Assembly (NCBI GenBank): GCA_039698055.1
Contig: JBDKTL010000003.1
Coordinates: forward strand, 1 to 41,671
Source: Methanoregula sp.
GTDB taxonomy: Archaea; Halobacteriota; Methanomicrobia; Methanomicrobiales; Methanospirillaceae
DNA: 41,671 bases
Reading direction: 5' to 3'
The notes beneath the pieces are model-generated. The model worked only from the letters and a program-made list of their open reading frames with translations. It did no database searches and was not told where the DNA came from. Below, in pieces: positions 30,330 through 40,278 of this stretch (its first letter is position 1; each line of letters opens with the position of its first letter). The position numbers and the translations under genes were made by a program.

Positions 30330-32438
30330 TCATGAGGACAAGTGTTTCCCCTTGTAGTGATCGTTCCTTGCACGGCCGGGGATCACGCGGCTGATCCCGC
30401 GGAACCCTGCAAACGTCCCATCCGCTGAATAATACGGTGTCGCATGATTTTCAAGGAGTACTGTTGATCCTGTCCTGTCACGCAACCGGGACTCAAAGAG
30501 AACCCGCTTCTGGTGTAATCTTCCCGCCTCTGCGAACATGTGCCGGTTCTGTTCGATACAGGCAGGATCAAGAAACTCAAATAGTGTATGACCGATAAGA
30601 TCTTCCAGGGTATAACCGAGCATCTCTTCTGCCTGCGGACTCACGTAGACAAAGCGGCCCATGGCATCGGTCTGCCAGATAATGTCCGGTGTCATGGTGA
30701 TCAGATCCCGGAAACGACTCTCGTTTTCCCGGAGTATCTCTTCTGACCGTTTCTGTTCGGTCATATCGATCCCAATGCCCCTCATGCCTGTTATTGCAGC
30801 GTTACTGGTAACCGGAGAAACATACATCTTTACCGGGAATGTGCTGCCATCCTTGCGCAATGCAGTATATTCGACGGCAGTGGGGAACCTGATGGGAGGC
30901 TTTGACAACGATTGCGCCACAAGTTCCGATACCATCGGCCGATCGGCCGGGGATATCATCTGCCATATCGTCAACCCGCATTCAAAGTCGGCAGGTGTAT
31001 AGCGGTACATGGTAAAACTGCCCTGGTTGGCAAATACCAGATGCCCCAGGAGATCGCACTCCCAGACCGATTGTGGCAGGAGGTCCGCGAAGTCACGGAA
31101 CTTCTTCTCGCTCTCGATAAGCCGGGCACCTGTTCTTTTTATGCCAGTAATGTCTTCGATCAAGGCGATCGTGGAATGGACGCTCCCGTCTGTTCCACGG
31201 AGCGGCGTGATGGTGACGGAACCCCAGATTACCGATCCGCTTTTAGTCAGATACCGTTTCTCCGTCCGGTAAATATCGCTCTTTCCCTCGTAGAGTTTCC
31301 GGACTTCAAGGATATCCTTGTCAACATGGGAGGGATGGGTGATATCCATGAATGTTTTTGTTAGAAGTTCTTCTGCCGTATACCCGAGCTGCTGGCAGAA
31401 CTTCCGGTTGACGATGGTAAACCGGAAATTGGCATCCACCATTGCCATACCAAGAGGACCGTCTTCAAATATTCTCCGGAACCGCTCCTCACTTTGTTTT
31501 AGGGTGTCTTCTGCATTTTTACGGGAGGTGATGTCACGCGAGACCCCAAAGACGGACCTGATCCCACCGTGGCCGTCAGGAACCGGTGCGAGGAAATGGT
31601 CAAACCACCGCACCGCGCCGTTCACAACAATCGCCCCCTCACTCCTGAGCGTCGTACCCGATGCAATAACTTTTTGCAGCTGCTCACCCTGATGGTGTGC
31701 TTGTTCGGGGGGAAAAAGGATGGACCGGGGCTTCCCGATGATCTCGGCGGGACTTTTCCCACAGATGCCAGCAGCAAAACTGTTGACGTATTCAACCCGG
31801 TCATCCCTGCCAATCATGTAGATCAGGTCATTTGACGCTTCAGCAAGCAGCCGGTACCGTGCTTCACTGTCCTGTATCCGGGCCTCATCCTCTTTTCTTC
31901 GGGTAATATCCTCAAGGATAACGGATACTCCTTTATGCCCGTCATCAAAAACAGTCGGTGCAATATGGCATGAAAAGAAGATTCCCCGCCGGCTCAATGC
32001 AAGTTCCCCGGTCCATTCATCGCCTTTAATTCCACCTTTTATGTTGTCAATAAAAGTACCAAAGACCTCATCAAAAACCGGTACCAGCGATGAATATTCG
32101 ATATTCTTTCCAAACAGGTCTTGTGAGCTGGTGTCAAGAAATGATAGAAACGGCCCGTTTGCGTAGATAATCCGCAGGTTTGTATCCAGTTGCAGGATAA
32201 GTTCTGATGAGATAGAGAGGACTGCCGATACGGGCACCCGGTGAGACAGGGTGTACATTTTTGCCATACCGAAATGCCGCATCTCCACTTGCCCGGATAC
32301 AAGGAGGCTTTCAAGATACCGGCCAGCCGTGTTACGGTTAATTTTGACTACGTCAACAATATCGGTAATACTCAGACCCTGCGGATTTTCCTTGAGGATC
32401 TCCTTGATCTGCGCAGTTATCGCGGGACGTAAAACCAT
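30330..32438 (-). CDS. Winged-HTH plus multi-PAS (about 5) one-component regulator
   Basis: N-terminal GLSITDI...INRNTAGRYL..L...G.V; repeated PAS/PAC units ending DIT/DMT; no HisKA or HATPase domain. Confidence 0.88.
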   Translation of the reverse strand: MVLRPAITAQIKEILKENPQGLSITDIVDVVKINRNTAGRYLESLLVSGQVEMRHFGMAKMYTLSHRVPVSAVLSISSELILQLDTNLRIIYANGPFLSFLDTSSQDLFGKNIEYSSLVPVFDEVFGTFIDNIKGGIKGDEWTGELALSRRGIFFSCHIAPTVFDDGHKGVSVILEDITRRKEDEARIQDSEARYRLLAEASNDLIYMIGRDDRVEYVNSFAAGICGKSPAEIIGKPRSILFPPEQAHHQGEQLQKVIASGTTLRSEGAIVVNGAVRWFDHFLAPVPDGHGGIRSVFGVSRDITSRKNAEDTLKQSEERFRRIFEDGPLGMAMVDANFRFTIVNRKFCQQLGYTAEELLTKTFMDITHPSHVDKDILEVRKLYEGKSDIYRTEKRYLTKSGSVIWGSVTITPLRGTDGSVHSTIALIEDITGIKRTGARLIESEKKFRDFADLLPQSVWECDLLGHLVFANQGSFTMYRYTPADFECGLTIWQMISPADRPMVSELVAQSLSKPPIRFPTAVEYTALRKDGSTFPVKMYVSPVTSNAAITGMRGIGIDMTEQKRSEEILRENESRFRDLITMTPDIIWQTDAMGRFVYVSPQAEEMLGYTLEDLIGHTLFEFLDPACIEQNRHMFAEAGRLHQKRVLFESRLRDRTGSTVLLENHATPYYSADGTFAGFRGISRVIPGRARNDHYKGKHLSS

Positions 32439-32529
32439 GGGCCGGGTAATATTGGCATATGAAGATATAATGGTTAAGATTTTTATTATGCGATTCTCTC
32501 TTTAAGAGGCAACCGGGAAAAAAAGGTTA

Positions 32530-33204
32530 TCACATTGTCCTGATACCATCTTCTACAATTTCGAAATCAAATGATGCCCCTTCCGGCAGGGACCGGTGTT
32601 TGATGAGCGTTGCCCGCCGCACGCCGGGCGCATCAAGACGCTCGAGACGGACAATTGATTTGGAGATATGTTCAAGCGATGTCCCCCCAAGGCCAGCATA
32701 GGTGTTTTTTACCGTATCCATATACACCTGGTTTGTGACCATGACCGGGATATCGTATCGTTTTGCATACCCGAGCAGGTGGATCATCTGCCTTGTGAGC
32801 ATCTGCATCGCATCCCTTCCTTTTTCAAGATCTGTGCGGTAAAGAGCTGTTGCAGAGTCCATCACCAGAAGTCCGGTCTTGCCTGCCTTGAGAATCTTGT
32901 CGGCTTCTGCAATCATGGTGCCCTGCTGCTCAAAATCGATAGGTTCAAAGAGGAATAACCGGTCCGCAATTGAATCCGTATCGCTTCCGGCAATCTGCCG
33001 GAACCGCTCGATAGAGAAACCCTCAGAATCGATGAAGACCACGGCCCGGCCGGCCCGCAACGAGGCGACGGCGGCAATCGTGCACAGGGTACTTTTCCCG
33101 CTCGCCGGTCCACCGTAGATCTGGCAGATCGTCCGGGATTCAAGTCCCCCTCTGAGAAGCCGGTCAAAAGCCGGGTTTCCGCTGCTGCGCCGGTCGGTGT
33201 TCAC
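32530..33204 (-). CDS. radB: DNA repair and recombination protein RadB
   Basis: D.LL.GGLE, YGGPASGKS, DSEG.S.ERF, DS.TALYR, TNQVY, KHR. GTG start at 33204 overlaps the larC stop (GTGA). Confidence 0.93.
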   Translation of the reverse strand: MNTDRRSSGNPAFDRLLRGGLESRTICQIYGGPASGKSTLCTIAAVASLRAGRAVVFIDSEGFSIERFRQIAGSDTDSIADRLFLFEPIDFEQQGTMIAEADKILKAGKTGLLVMDSATALYRTDLEKGRDAMQMLTRQMIHLLGYAKRYDIPVMVTNQVYMDTVKNTYAGLGGTSLEHISKSIVRLERLDAPGVRRATLIKHRSLPEGASFDFEIVEDGIRTM

Positions 33205-34418
33205 GGTGTGCCCCGCTGATTCCTGCCAGCCCTGCATGTTTTCCACCCGGCATCTTCAATTGCCCGGATCACATCCCGTACCGGCATATCCAGTTCCGCC
33301 GCGAAATCCCGGGCAGGATCGAACTCCGCTTTCAGCGTATACACACTACCATGCATCCACCCGCATTTGACCGGCATCGATCTTTTGTGTCCAGCGATTT
33401 CAACGTCCACTTTCTCGACCGTGCGATCGGCGATGAACCGGTGTACCGACGGGATACAGCGGATGCCCAGCGTGCCGAGTTCACGTGCCATCAGTTCAGC
33501 CATTTGCGTACTGGTGTCGGGAAGGCAGATCACCCGGATGAGAAATCCCGGGCGCCCTTTTTTCATGATGATCGGGTTTGCACTCGCGTCCCGTGCGCCG
33601 TTGTCCATGAATCCCGCGATCGCATGGGCAACCACCTCCCCGCTGATATCGTCGGTATTTGTCTCCAGCACATCGACAAAATCGTCCGCCAGTTCAGAAG
33701 GCTGGTCGCTGGTTGTCTCAACCACCATCGCCCGCAGGACATTTGGCGTGTGTGAAGGATTGCGGGTGCCCGCCCCGTACCCTGCTGCCAGAATCGTGGA
33801 GTGAAGAAATGCAGGTGGCTTCATCGTGGAGAACTCCGCGAGCAATGCGGCCCCGGTGGGTGTGCATAGCTCCCCCTCATCGGTCCCCATAATGGTTGAA
33901 AGCCCGCTATCTGCAAGAAGGGCAACGGTTGCCGGGGCCGGGATGGGTACCGTGCCATGGGAGCTGCTCACCGTGCCACTGCCTACGGCGAGGGGGTGTA
34001 TCACGACGCCCTCAACATGCAACGTGTGCAGTGCCGTGCATGCACCAATTACATCGGCAATCGCATCGTCTGCTCCTACTTCATGGAAATGGACATGCTG
34101 CCCGTGAACCTGTTCTTCTGCCCTGCGGATTCGCTCAAAGACATTCCGTGCCCAAAAAAGCGCTTCCGGTGGAATTACATCCCGGGCTGCCTCCAGGCGT
34201 GTCATCACATCTGAAAATGTCCGGTGGACAACCGGGGCATGGGTCTCTACCCGTATCGCAGAGATTCCTGCACGGTGAACGCAGCTGATGGTGGGTGTGG
34301 CAACGACTGACTGCATCGCTTTGGTTACGATCTCCTGATCGGCACCACAGCCAAGCAGTGCTCCGATAATCATATCGCCGGCCGCGCCATGGAACGGATC
34401 GAAAATAAGGACTCGCAT
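33201..34418 (-). CDS. larC: Nickel pincer cofactor biosynthesis protein LarC
   Basis: G.AGDM..GAL, AE..VHG, HFHEVGA.D, HG.VPIPAPA, TPTGAA, ETN.DD..GE, MKKGRPG. Confidence 0.93.
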   Translation of the reverse strand: MRVLIFDPFHGAAGDMIIGALLGCGADQEIVTKAMQSVVATPTISCVHRAGISAIRVETHAPVVHRTFSDVMTRLEAARDVIPPEALFWARNVFERIRRAEEQVHGQHVHFHEVGADDAIADVIGACTALHTLHVEGVVIHPLAVGSGTVSSSHGTVPIPAPATVALLADSGLSTIMGTDEGELCTPTGAALLAEFSTMKPPAFLHSTILAAGYGAGTRNPSHTPNVLRAMVVETTSDQPSELADDFVDVLETNTDDISGEVVAHAIAGFMDNGARDASANPIIMKKGRPGFLIRVICLPDTSTQMAELMARELGTLGIRCIPSVHRFIADRTVEKVDVEIAGHKRSMPVKCGWMHGSVYTLKAEFDPARDFAAELDMPVRDVIRAIEDAGWKTCRAGRNQRGTP

Positions 34419-34449
34419 AACGTTACAGTACTTATAAATCCCTGCGTAT

Positions 34450-36882
34450 ATGACCTTTAAGGTAATGCCTGAAGTTCAATTGAGGGTGGATTCTGCATAT
34501 CCCGGCGATCAGGGTGGCGGAAAGGCACGTCTCGATCCTGAGACGATGCTTCTTTTAAAAATCTCCCCCGGCGATCTCGTGGTGATTGAGGGGAAGCGCC
34601 GTACGGTCGCAAAAGTCTGGCGGGCGCTCGTCGAGGACTGGAACCAGCGAAAGATCCGTATCGATAATTTTACCCGGATCAACGCGGGTGTGAGTATCGG
34701 TGACACCGTGAAAGTTTCAACGCTCACTGATGAGATCGAGGCAAAGCGCGTAGTCCTTGCCCCGCCCGAGGACATGCCAAAGAAGATCCCGATTGCCAAT
34801 AACCCGCATGTTTTAAACGGGCTCATCGATTTCCCTGTGGTAAAAAACGACTCAATCCCGATCATGCTCGGGCTCCCCTTTATCCAGCCCCAGATTGTTG
34901 CGTTCAAAGTCATCGAGATCGAGCCTGAAGAAGCAGTGATCATCACCAAAAACACGTCGGTTGAATTTTCCGATAAACCAGCCGCCGGTTTTGAAGGAGT
35001 CAAGAGGTTCTCGTACGAGGATATCGGGGGTTTAAAAGACGAGCTCCAGCGCCTCCGCGAGACTATCGAACTCCCCCTGCGCCACCCGGAACTCTTCCAG
35101 AAACTGGGAATCGAGCCACCCAAAGGCGTCCTGCTGTATGGCCCTCCGGGGACGGGAAAGACCCTGATCGCAAAAGCGGTGGCAAGCGAGAGTGGTGCTC
35201 ATTTCATCTCGATTGCCGGGCCAGAGGTCATCTCGAAATATTACGGCGAAAGCGAACAACGCCTCCGCGAGGTCTTTGAGGAGGCACGGGAAAATGCACC
35301 TTCAATTATCTTTATCGATGAACTGGACTCAATCGCCCCCCGCCGCGAGGAAGTGACCGGGGAAGTCGAACGGCGTGTTGTTGCCCAGCTGCTGACGATG
35401 ATGGACGGTCTTGAAGAGCGGGGGCAGGTTGTCGTCATCGGCGCAACAAACCGTGTCGATGCGATTGATGCCGCCCTGCGCCGGCCCGGCCGGTTTGACC
35501 GTGAAATTGAAATTGGTGTGCCGGGTGAACCTGACCGGATCGATATCATGAAGATCCACACACGGGGGATGCCGCTTGCCGAAGATGTCAGCCTGAACAT
35601 TCTTGCCCAGCAGACGCACGGGTTTGTGGGTGCGGACCTTGCTGCACTCGCCCGGGAAGCGGCAATCCGTGCATTGCGCCGGTACCTGCCGATCCTCGAC
35701 CTTGACGCAGAAGAGATCCCGCAGGAAGTGCTTGACTCGTTAAAGGTGCTTGCAAGCGACTTCAGGAGTGCCCAGAGGGATGTCGGGCCAAGCGCCATGC
35801 GGGAAGTGATGCTCGAGGTCTCGCACGTGAAATGGGAGAACGTCGGAGGTCTTGAATCGGCAAAGACCGAGATCCGCGAAGCAATCGAGCTCCCGCTTAC
35901 TAACCGCGAGAAATTTGAAGACCTCGGTATTGAACCGCCGCATGGCATCCTGCTGTATGGCCCTCCGGGGACGGGAAAGACCCTGATCGCAAAAGCAGTG
36001 GCAAGCGAGAGCGGGGCAAATTTCATCCCCATCCGTGGCCCCCAGCTGCTGTCGAAGTGGGTCGGCGAAAGCGAGCGGGCCGTCCGCGAAATCTTCAAAA
36101 AAGCCCGGCAGGTCGCACCTTCGATCATCTTCTTTGACGAAATGGATGCCCTTGCCCCTGCACGGGGAACATCGAGCGATTCGCATGTCATCGACAATGT
36201 GCTCAACCAGATCCTGACCGAGATGGACGGACTCGAAGAACTCAAGGATGTCGTTGTCATGGGCGCGACAAACCGCCCGGATATTGTTGACCCGGCATTG
36301 TTGCGGGCCGGGCGGTTTGACCGGCTGGTCTATATCGGGGAACCGACGCTTGAAGACCGGAAAAAGATCTTCTCCATCCATACCCGGTTTATGCCGCTTG
36401 AAGGTTCAACGCTCGAAGAGCTTAACCAGATCCTTGCAGGTACTACCGAGGAATCTTTGGCCGAGATTATTGAAACCTGGGGAACGGATAAGCTGATCTC
36501 GCTTGATGATGTACGGGCCACTGGTGTTCCAAAGACCGAAGGCACGGTTGGGCTATCAGCGGGTGCACGACGGAAACGTCTCATCGAATTGATGAGCGAG
36601 AAAAAACTCACGATAGCCGATCCGGCACGGGACGCGCTTGCGCTGACATTTGCAAAAATATCCGAGGGTTTTGTCGGCTCTGATCTCGAATCCCTCTGCC
36701 GTGAAGCAGGTATGCTTGCCCTGCGGGAAGGGGTATCAACCGTGTCCCAGCGCCACTTTGAGGCGGCCCAGCAAAAGGTGCACCCGACGATGAACGAGAA
36801 TCTCCGCATGTATTATGCAAAGATACAGGCACATTTCAAAGGCGGGTTGCCAAAACAGGTCCAGCCGCCGGAATACCAATAA
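34450..36882 (+). CDS. cdc48: CDC48/VAT family AAA+ ATPase
   Basis: N-domain, two YGPPGTGKT, two Walker B (DELD, DEMD), RPGRFDR/RAGRFDR, C-terminal EYQ. Start at 34450 or 34465. Confidence 0.96.
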   Translation: MTFKVMPEVQLRVDSAYPGDQGGGKARLDPETMLLLKISPGDLVVIEGKRRTVAKVWRALVEDWNQRKIRIDNFTRINAGVSIGDTVKVSTLTDEIEAKRVVLAPPEDMPKKIPIANNPHVLNGLIDFPVVKNDSIPIMLGLPFIQPQIVAFKVIEIEPEEAVIITKNTSVEFSDKPAAGFEGVKRFSYEDIGGLKDELQRLRETIELPLRHPELFQKLGIEPPKGVLLYGPPGTGKTLIAKAVASESGAHFISIAGPEVISKYYGESEQRLREVFEEARENAPSIIFIDELDSIAPRREEVTGEVERRVVAQLLTMMDGLEERGQVVVIGATNRVDAIDAALRRPGRFDREIEIGVPGEPDRIDIMKIHTRGMPLAEDVSLNILAQQTHGFVGADLAALAREAAIRALRRYLPILDLDAEEIPQEVLDSLKVLASDFRSAQRDVGPSAMREVMLEVSHVKWENVGGLESAKTEIREAIELPLTNREKFEDLGIEPPHGILLYGPPGTGKTLIAKAVASESGANFIPIRGPQLLSKWVGESERAVREIFKKARQVAPSIIFFDEMDALAPARGTSSDSHVIDNVLNQILTEMDGLEELKDVVVMGATNRPDIVDPALLRAGRFDRLVYIGEPTLEDRKKIFSIHTRFMPLEGSTLEELNQILAGTTEESLAEIIETWGTDKLISLDDVRATGVPKTEGTVGLSAGARRKRLIELMSEKKLTIADPARDALALTFAKISEGFVGSDLESLCREAGMLALREGVSTVSQRHFEAAQQKVHPTMNENLRMYYAKIQAHFKGGLPKQVQPPEYQ
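35129..36011 (+). repeat. Direct repeat pair inside cdc48 (35129-35192 and 35948-36011)
   Basis: 49 identical nt, one mismatch, then 14 more identical nt. Copies are 819 nt apart. Confidence 0.92.
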
Positions 36883-36915
36883 CCCTTTTTTTAAAAAAAA
36901 TATCTGAAAAAAAAA
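36883..36915. terminator. Bidirectional T/A-tract terminator between cdc48 and the convergent small ORF
   Basis: CCCTTTTTTTAAAAAAAA followed by a second A-run. Confidence 0.55.
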
Positions 36916-36996
36916 GTCTGTTGCCTTCCAACAGGTACGTTAAACATATAATCCGGATTGTTGTGTTTGTTCCAGCCCGTGTACAATCCCGCCCCG

Positions 36997-37239
36997 CTAT
37001 TCGCAGTAGGGATCGCTTGCCCACTCTTCGTAGACTTTTTTGGGCGGCTTCCCGTGACGGGATCCATGCTGGCGCGAGGTAGCCCGCTCCTCCTCGGTAT
37101 CCTCCGCATCCAGACCGGTCTTTGGATCTTTTGGCTGGTGATCTGCCCCTTGATCAGGGTGTGTCCGCTCGTGATGAAACCGTGGTCTGCCCTTCCGGAT
37201 CGGGGGTTGGAGCGTCTCTTTTGGTGAATCGTCTGCCAT
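36997..37239 (-). CDS. Small hydrophilic hypothetical protein (80 aa)
   Basis: Fills the gap between cdc48 and the ligase. Charged, His/Pro-rich, ends EEWASDPYCE. Start at 37239 or 37248. Confidence 0.6.
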   Translation of the reverse strand: MADDSPKETLQPPIRKGRPRFHHERTHPDQGADHQPKDPKTGLDAEDTEEERATSRQHGSRHGKPPKKVYEEWASDPYCE

Positions 37240-37376
37240 ACCTATCATCTCTTATCTTACAGGACAGGTACAACAAAAATCTTGCCCTGACTCTCATTTC
37301 ATTTCCCGCAGCCGGATAATGCACATCTATAAACATCAACGTCCATTATCTACCATCATTAAAATCCGGTGCCAGG

Positions 37377-38921
37377 ATGTCCAACGTCACTACCCTTCTC
37401 GATGCAAAAAGTGTTCCTGAAGCAAAGATCGCATTCATCTGCCCCACCCGAAACGAATCCTACAGCTATGGAAAACTCCGTAGGGAGATGAACCGGGTTG
37501 GACTGGGGCTCTCCCGCCTGGGTGTAAAAAAAGGCGACCGGGTCTGCATCTATCTTGAAAGTTCCCCCCAATACCTTATCAGTTATTTTGCCATCTGGAG
37601 GATCGGTGCTGTGGCAGTGCCGATCAACAGCACGTACCGGGGTGAGGAACTCCTCCACGCGATCAACGATGCCGGTGCATGCGCCATTATTACGGATGCT
37701 CCCGGGACGGGAATAGTAAATGGCATCCGGGCACTCGCTCCTACCCTCATACACTGCATCAGCACCAGCGGCTCCTGCACCGGATCCGTCGCATGGGACT
37801 CGTTTCCGCCGGCACCTGAAACCATGCGGGCGACCAACTGCTCCATGGACGATCTCTGCCATCTCCAGTACACTGCCGGCACAACCGGCAAACCCAAAGG
37901 GGCAATGCTCACCCATGGGAACTGGATGACCGCGCTCGATGCTGAACGGGAAGCCCTCAGGCTGCGCCCTGAAGATCTCTACCTGGGCATCTATCCGATG
38001 GGGCACGTAGGGCTGTCATGGGGGCTCTCCGTCCTCCGCGCCGGGGGAACCTACGTCATGATGGAGCGTTTTGACCTCGAGCGGTACCTGGCACTTGCAG
38101 AAGAATATAAGATTACGGTCCTTGCCGGCATGCCCCCGGTGATCCACTCGCTTGTCCACAGCCCGCCCGGCACCGAAAAGAGACTCGTTAGTGCCCGGGT
38201 GATCATATCAGGTGGCGGCAACCTCCTGCCTGCCATCTGGGAAGCATTCGATCACCGGTACCACATACCCGTGGCAAACTCGTACGGGCTCTCTGAGACG
38301 ATTGTCATTGGATCGGGCACCACCACCCTTCCCGAATACCCCCACCTGACAAAAGAGTACCGGAGCGTAGGCGTAGCGGTTGGTTACACGGAAGTAAAAA
38401 TAGTCGATGTCGATGACCCTGCCAGGGATATGGCGTTTCGCGAAACCGGAGAGATTGCGCTTCGCGGGCCATCGGTTGCGCGAGGCTACTGGAACCTGCC
38501 GGACGCAACAGCATCAGTATTCCGGGAGGATGGCTGGTTTTTGACCGGTGATATCGGTTATCTCGATGAAGACGGGATCCTCTACATTACCGACCGGAAA
38601 AAAGACATGATCATTATGTCCGGCTGGAAAGTATACCCGACTGAAGTGGAGAACGTGATCGTCCAGCATCCGGCCGTTGCAGACGTTGCGGTGTTTGGGA
38701 TCCCGGACGAACGTAAAGGCGAAGTCCCGGTTGCTGCCGTTGTCCTGAAAAACGGCTATATACTGACTGACAGTCAGCTGGAGAGTTTCTGCCGGGACCA
38801 TCTTGCCGGATACAAGATCCCCCGGAAACTGGTGATTGTGCCGTCACTGCCCCGGGTGCACGGGTGGAAGCTGTTGCGCCGGACGCTGCGGGAAACGTAT
38901 GGCAACCGTGGCGGGGAATAG
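37377..38921 (+). CDS. AMP-forming acyl-CoA synthetase (class I adenylate-forming enzyme)
   Basis: YTAGTTGKPKG, YGLSE, GEI..RGP, TGD, DRKKD.I, P.EVE, YK.P. Confidence 0.93.
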   Translation: MSNVTTLLDAKSVPEAKIAFICPTRNESYSYGKLRREMNRVGLGLSRLGVKKGDRVCIYLESSPQYLISYFAIWRIGAVAVPINSTYRGEELLHAINDAGACAIITDAPGTGIVNGIRALAPTLIHCISTSGSCTGSVAWDSFPPAPETMRATNCSMDDLCHLQYTAGTTGKPKGAMLTHGNWMTALDAEREALRLRPEDLYLGIYPMGHVGLSWGLSVLRAGGTYVMMERFDLERYLALAEEYKITVLAGMPPVIHSLVHSPPGTEKRLVSARVIISGGGNLLPAIWEAFDHRYHIPVANSYGLSETIVIGSGTTTLPEYPHLTKEYRSVGVAVGYTEVKIVDVDDPARDMAFRETGEIALRGPSVARGYWNLPDATASVFREDGWFLTGDIGYLDEDGILYITDRKKDMIIMSGWKVYPTEVENVIVQHPAVADVAVFGIPDERKGEVPVAAVVLKNGYILTDSQLESFCRDHLAGYKIPRKLVIVPSLPRVHGWKLLRRTLRETYGNRGGE

Positions 38922-39040
38922 CAAAAAAAACATTTCGGGAATCTCCTGAAGACCGATTGATAAAAATTCCACAAACCTTTTAAATTCTTATTGAATAATA
39001 TTAGCCGGTGCATCCGTAAGTGGACACGAAAAGCCGTATA

Positions 39041-39640
39041 ATGGACGTCCCGATTAGCGGGAAGCCAAAAAAGCGGACAACCGGTATTGTGGGTCTTAAC
39101 CTGCTTCTCGACGGGGGATATCCGCAAGGAAGCCTTGTTATGGTGTACGGTACGCCGCTTGCCGGGGTCGACCTTGCGGCAATGCAATTCTGGAAAGATG
39201 GTGGGGAAGAAGGTACCTACCTGATGAATGATGGCGATATTGAAATCGGGATGGTTGATGCAACCGATCTCCACCCGGAAATGTATGTCCCCCAGATGAC
39301 TGGCGGCAGAATTGTTGTAGACTCTCTCTCTACTGTTATCATCAGGTATGGGATTGATGTCGCCCTCAAATTCCTGCGTGTTGCGCGTGAAGAGATGAAG
39401 AAGCGCGGCGCAAACATGATTTTCATCGTTTATACGGGTGTCCATACCTCCGTTGAAATGACCCGGATCATGCGTGCGTCAGATATCGTCGTTGAATTCA
39501 AAAACGATATCCACCAGAGCGAGATCGAACGAACCTTGGCCGTACTAAAAATAAAAGATTCAGCCGCTCCCCAGCGCCTGCTGCCGTTTATTATTACCGA
39601 AAACGGGATCGAAGCATCGACCACCTCAAGGGTCGTATAA
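39041..39640 (+). CDS. Short KaiC/RAD55-like RecA-fold protein with degenerate Walker A
   Basis: TGIVGL..LL.GGYP.GS.V.V.G, IVVDSLS, R.L.V.K, F.I...GI. P-loop reads GTPLAGVD. Start at 39041 or 39020. Confidence 0.85.
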   Translation: MDVPISGKPKKRTTGIVGLNLLLDGGYPQGSLVMVYGTPLAGVDLAAMQFWKDGGEEGTYLMNDGDIEIGMVDATDLHPEMYVPQMTGGRIVVDSLSTVIIRYGIDVALKFLRVAREEMKKRGANMIFIVYTGVHTSVEMTRIMRASDIVVEFKNDIHQSEIERTLAVLKIKDSAAPQRLLPFIITENGIEASTTSRVV

Positions 39641-40241
39641 ATTATGTTGGTGATTGCTCAATAAAGACCACCATTAATCAGTACTGTTATGGAAAAAATT
39701 CAACGAATTTCATTTATTTTTAGTTTAAAGACGTTCTTGGGGGATTCGCCCCCGCCGCTATGGCATCCCCCATTTTGCGATGATGCTGTATTACCCAGTC
39801 TCATAAAATATTTTGAATTTTCTTGATCTGGCTCTGATTTCATTTGGAATATCAATCTCGTGAAAAATTTTGGTGGCGCCAAATGATGAATCACCATTAT
39901 TTATTTTCAACTGTTCAGGTCTCTCATAAATCAACATCTGTTTCATTTCCGGATTTTGTGACATGTACTATTACAGAGTACCTGTGATGCAAAACAAAAC
40001 CGGAACCTGCCCTTTACTGAATAGATCTAACTGCAAAGTTAGCTAAAAGATGGCGCACCATCCATCAGTCCCTGACATTTTTTAAGGAAAAACCGCGCAA
40101 AACCGGTTTTTTGTCCGGGCCGCGCCGCGCTTTTTTCCTGTCAGATATCTGGCAATATAAAAAACGCTGTACGCGGCCGGATTCCTTGAAAAATACCCGG
40201 ATTTTCCATGATGAGTGCGAAAATATTCGAAGTGACCATCA

Positions 40242-40252
40242 ACCTTTTAATC
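40242..40252 (+). promoter_or_regulatory. Possible TATA box for the structured region
   Basis: CTTTTAAT at 40244-40251, about 28 nt upstream of ATG 40279. Confidence 0.4.
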
Positions 40253-40278
40253 TCACTGCCAAAATGTGAAAATATACA

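Noticed and set aside
35241-36260. 339-aa minus-strand ORF and similar long antisense ORFs over ygiQ, mmp3 and mmp7
   Set aside because: Shadow frames of well-supported GC-rich genes.
36400-36630. Possible intein in cdc48
   Set aside because: No Cys/Ser start with His-Asn end, and not at the usual Walker A insertion site.
39883-40214. ATGATGA C-box-like words at 39883 and 40208
   Set aside because: No CTGA D box at a suitable distance, so no C/D sRNA is called.
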